Origin: Actinomycetota bacterium
GTDB lineage: Bacteria > Actinomycetota > Thermoleophilia > Solirubrobacterales > Solirubrobacteraceae
DNA: 64,000 nucleotides
Direction of reading: 5' to 3'
Assembly (NCBI GenBank): GCA_016781085.1
Contig: JADDQZ010000035.1
Span: forward strand, 10,253 to 74,252
The notes beneath the pieces were generated by a model, which saw nothing but the letters and a program-made list of their open reading frames with translations, made no database searches and was not told the origin of the DNA. The position numbers and the translations under genes were made by a program. Positions 63,947 through 64,000 of the stretch are shown here, one piece after another; the first letter of the stretch is position 1, and every line of letters begins with the position of its first letter.

Positions 63947-64000
63947 TCAGGCGGTCGACGCGACGTTCTGGTTGAGCCACTCGCGCACGAACCCGTCGAG
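63947..64000 (-). CDS. 3' end of an unidentified gene entering from the right window edge
   Basis: Reverse translation ...LDGFVREWLNQNVASTA* with high GC3. Too short to assign. Confidence 0.4.
   Translation of the reverse strand, partial: LDGFVREWLNQNVASTA

Noticed and set aside
63709-63975. 88-aa GTG-initiated ORF in the long convergent spacer
   Set aside because: The translation is extremely Arg-rich (RRRCGECRAG...RRRPIRRSTRRSG), with no SD sequence and no motif, and it overlaps the 3' end of the minus-strand gene. This looks like GC-driven noise; an RNA or structural role for the spacer seems more likely.

Overview
High-GC (~68-70%) chromosomal window, most likely from an actinobacterium (possibly Thermoleophilia/Rubrobacteria-like; this is inferred from gene order and cannot be verified here). 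It is densely packed, mostly with housekeeping genes, and many neighbouring genes overlap by 1-4 nt at stop/start. From left to right: hsp20 (partial), mntP and marR. A glycolytic block on the minus strand: uvrC-rapZ-gap-pgk-tpiA-gpmI. Threonine aldolase and a glycerophosphodiester phosphodiesterase. An orphan Tad-type pseudopilin operon ending in a TadG-like/VanY/SLT three-domain protein. A phosphate block: OmpR-type regulator, phoU, pstBACS with a PHO-box-like array. An ABC-F ATPase and a two-domain fatty acyl-CoA reductase. A polyphosphate module: ppx, two half-size CHAD genes, ppk1, then an M23 peptidase. An ABC-2 exporter and an EamA/FemAB-like/sulfotransferase group. A long pentose-phosphate operon: tkt, tal-pgi fusion, gnd, zwf, opcA, pgl, ROK kinase, rpiB. 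A mini-FHA ORF, msrB, TetR and pepF. A SigB/F-type sigma factor and a repeat-containing disordered protein. copZA with a CsoR-type operator, and kptA. A trans-translation/division block: ssrA (tmRNA), M50 protease, smpB, rnr, ctpA, an RsbW-like kinase, ftsX, ftsE. Finally an M16 peptidase. I saw no transposases, integrases, CRISPR arrays, rRNA or tRNA genes. I found no clear-cut defence or otherwise novel multi-gene system. The best candidates for a closer look are the Tad-pseudopilin/peptidoglycan-hydrolase operon, the split-CHAD polyphosphate module, two CTAG-containing intergenic tandem-repeat arrays, a VNTR-bearing disordered protein and a structured 357-nt convergent spacer. All functional calls come from reading the translated ORFs for family motifs; no database search was possible.
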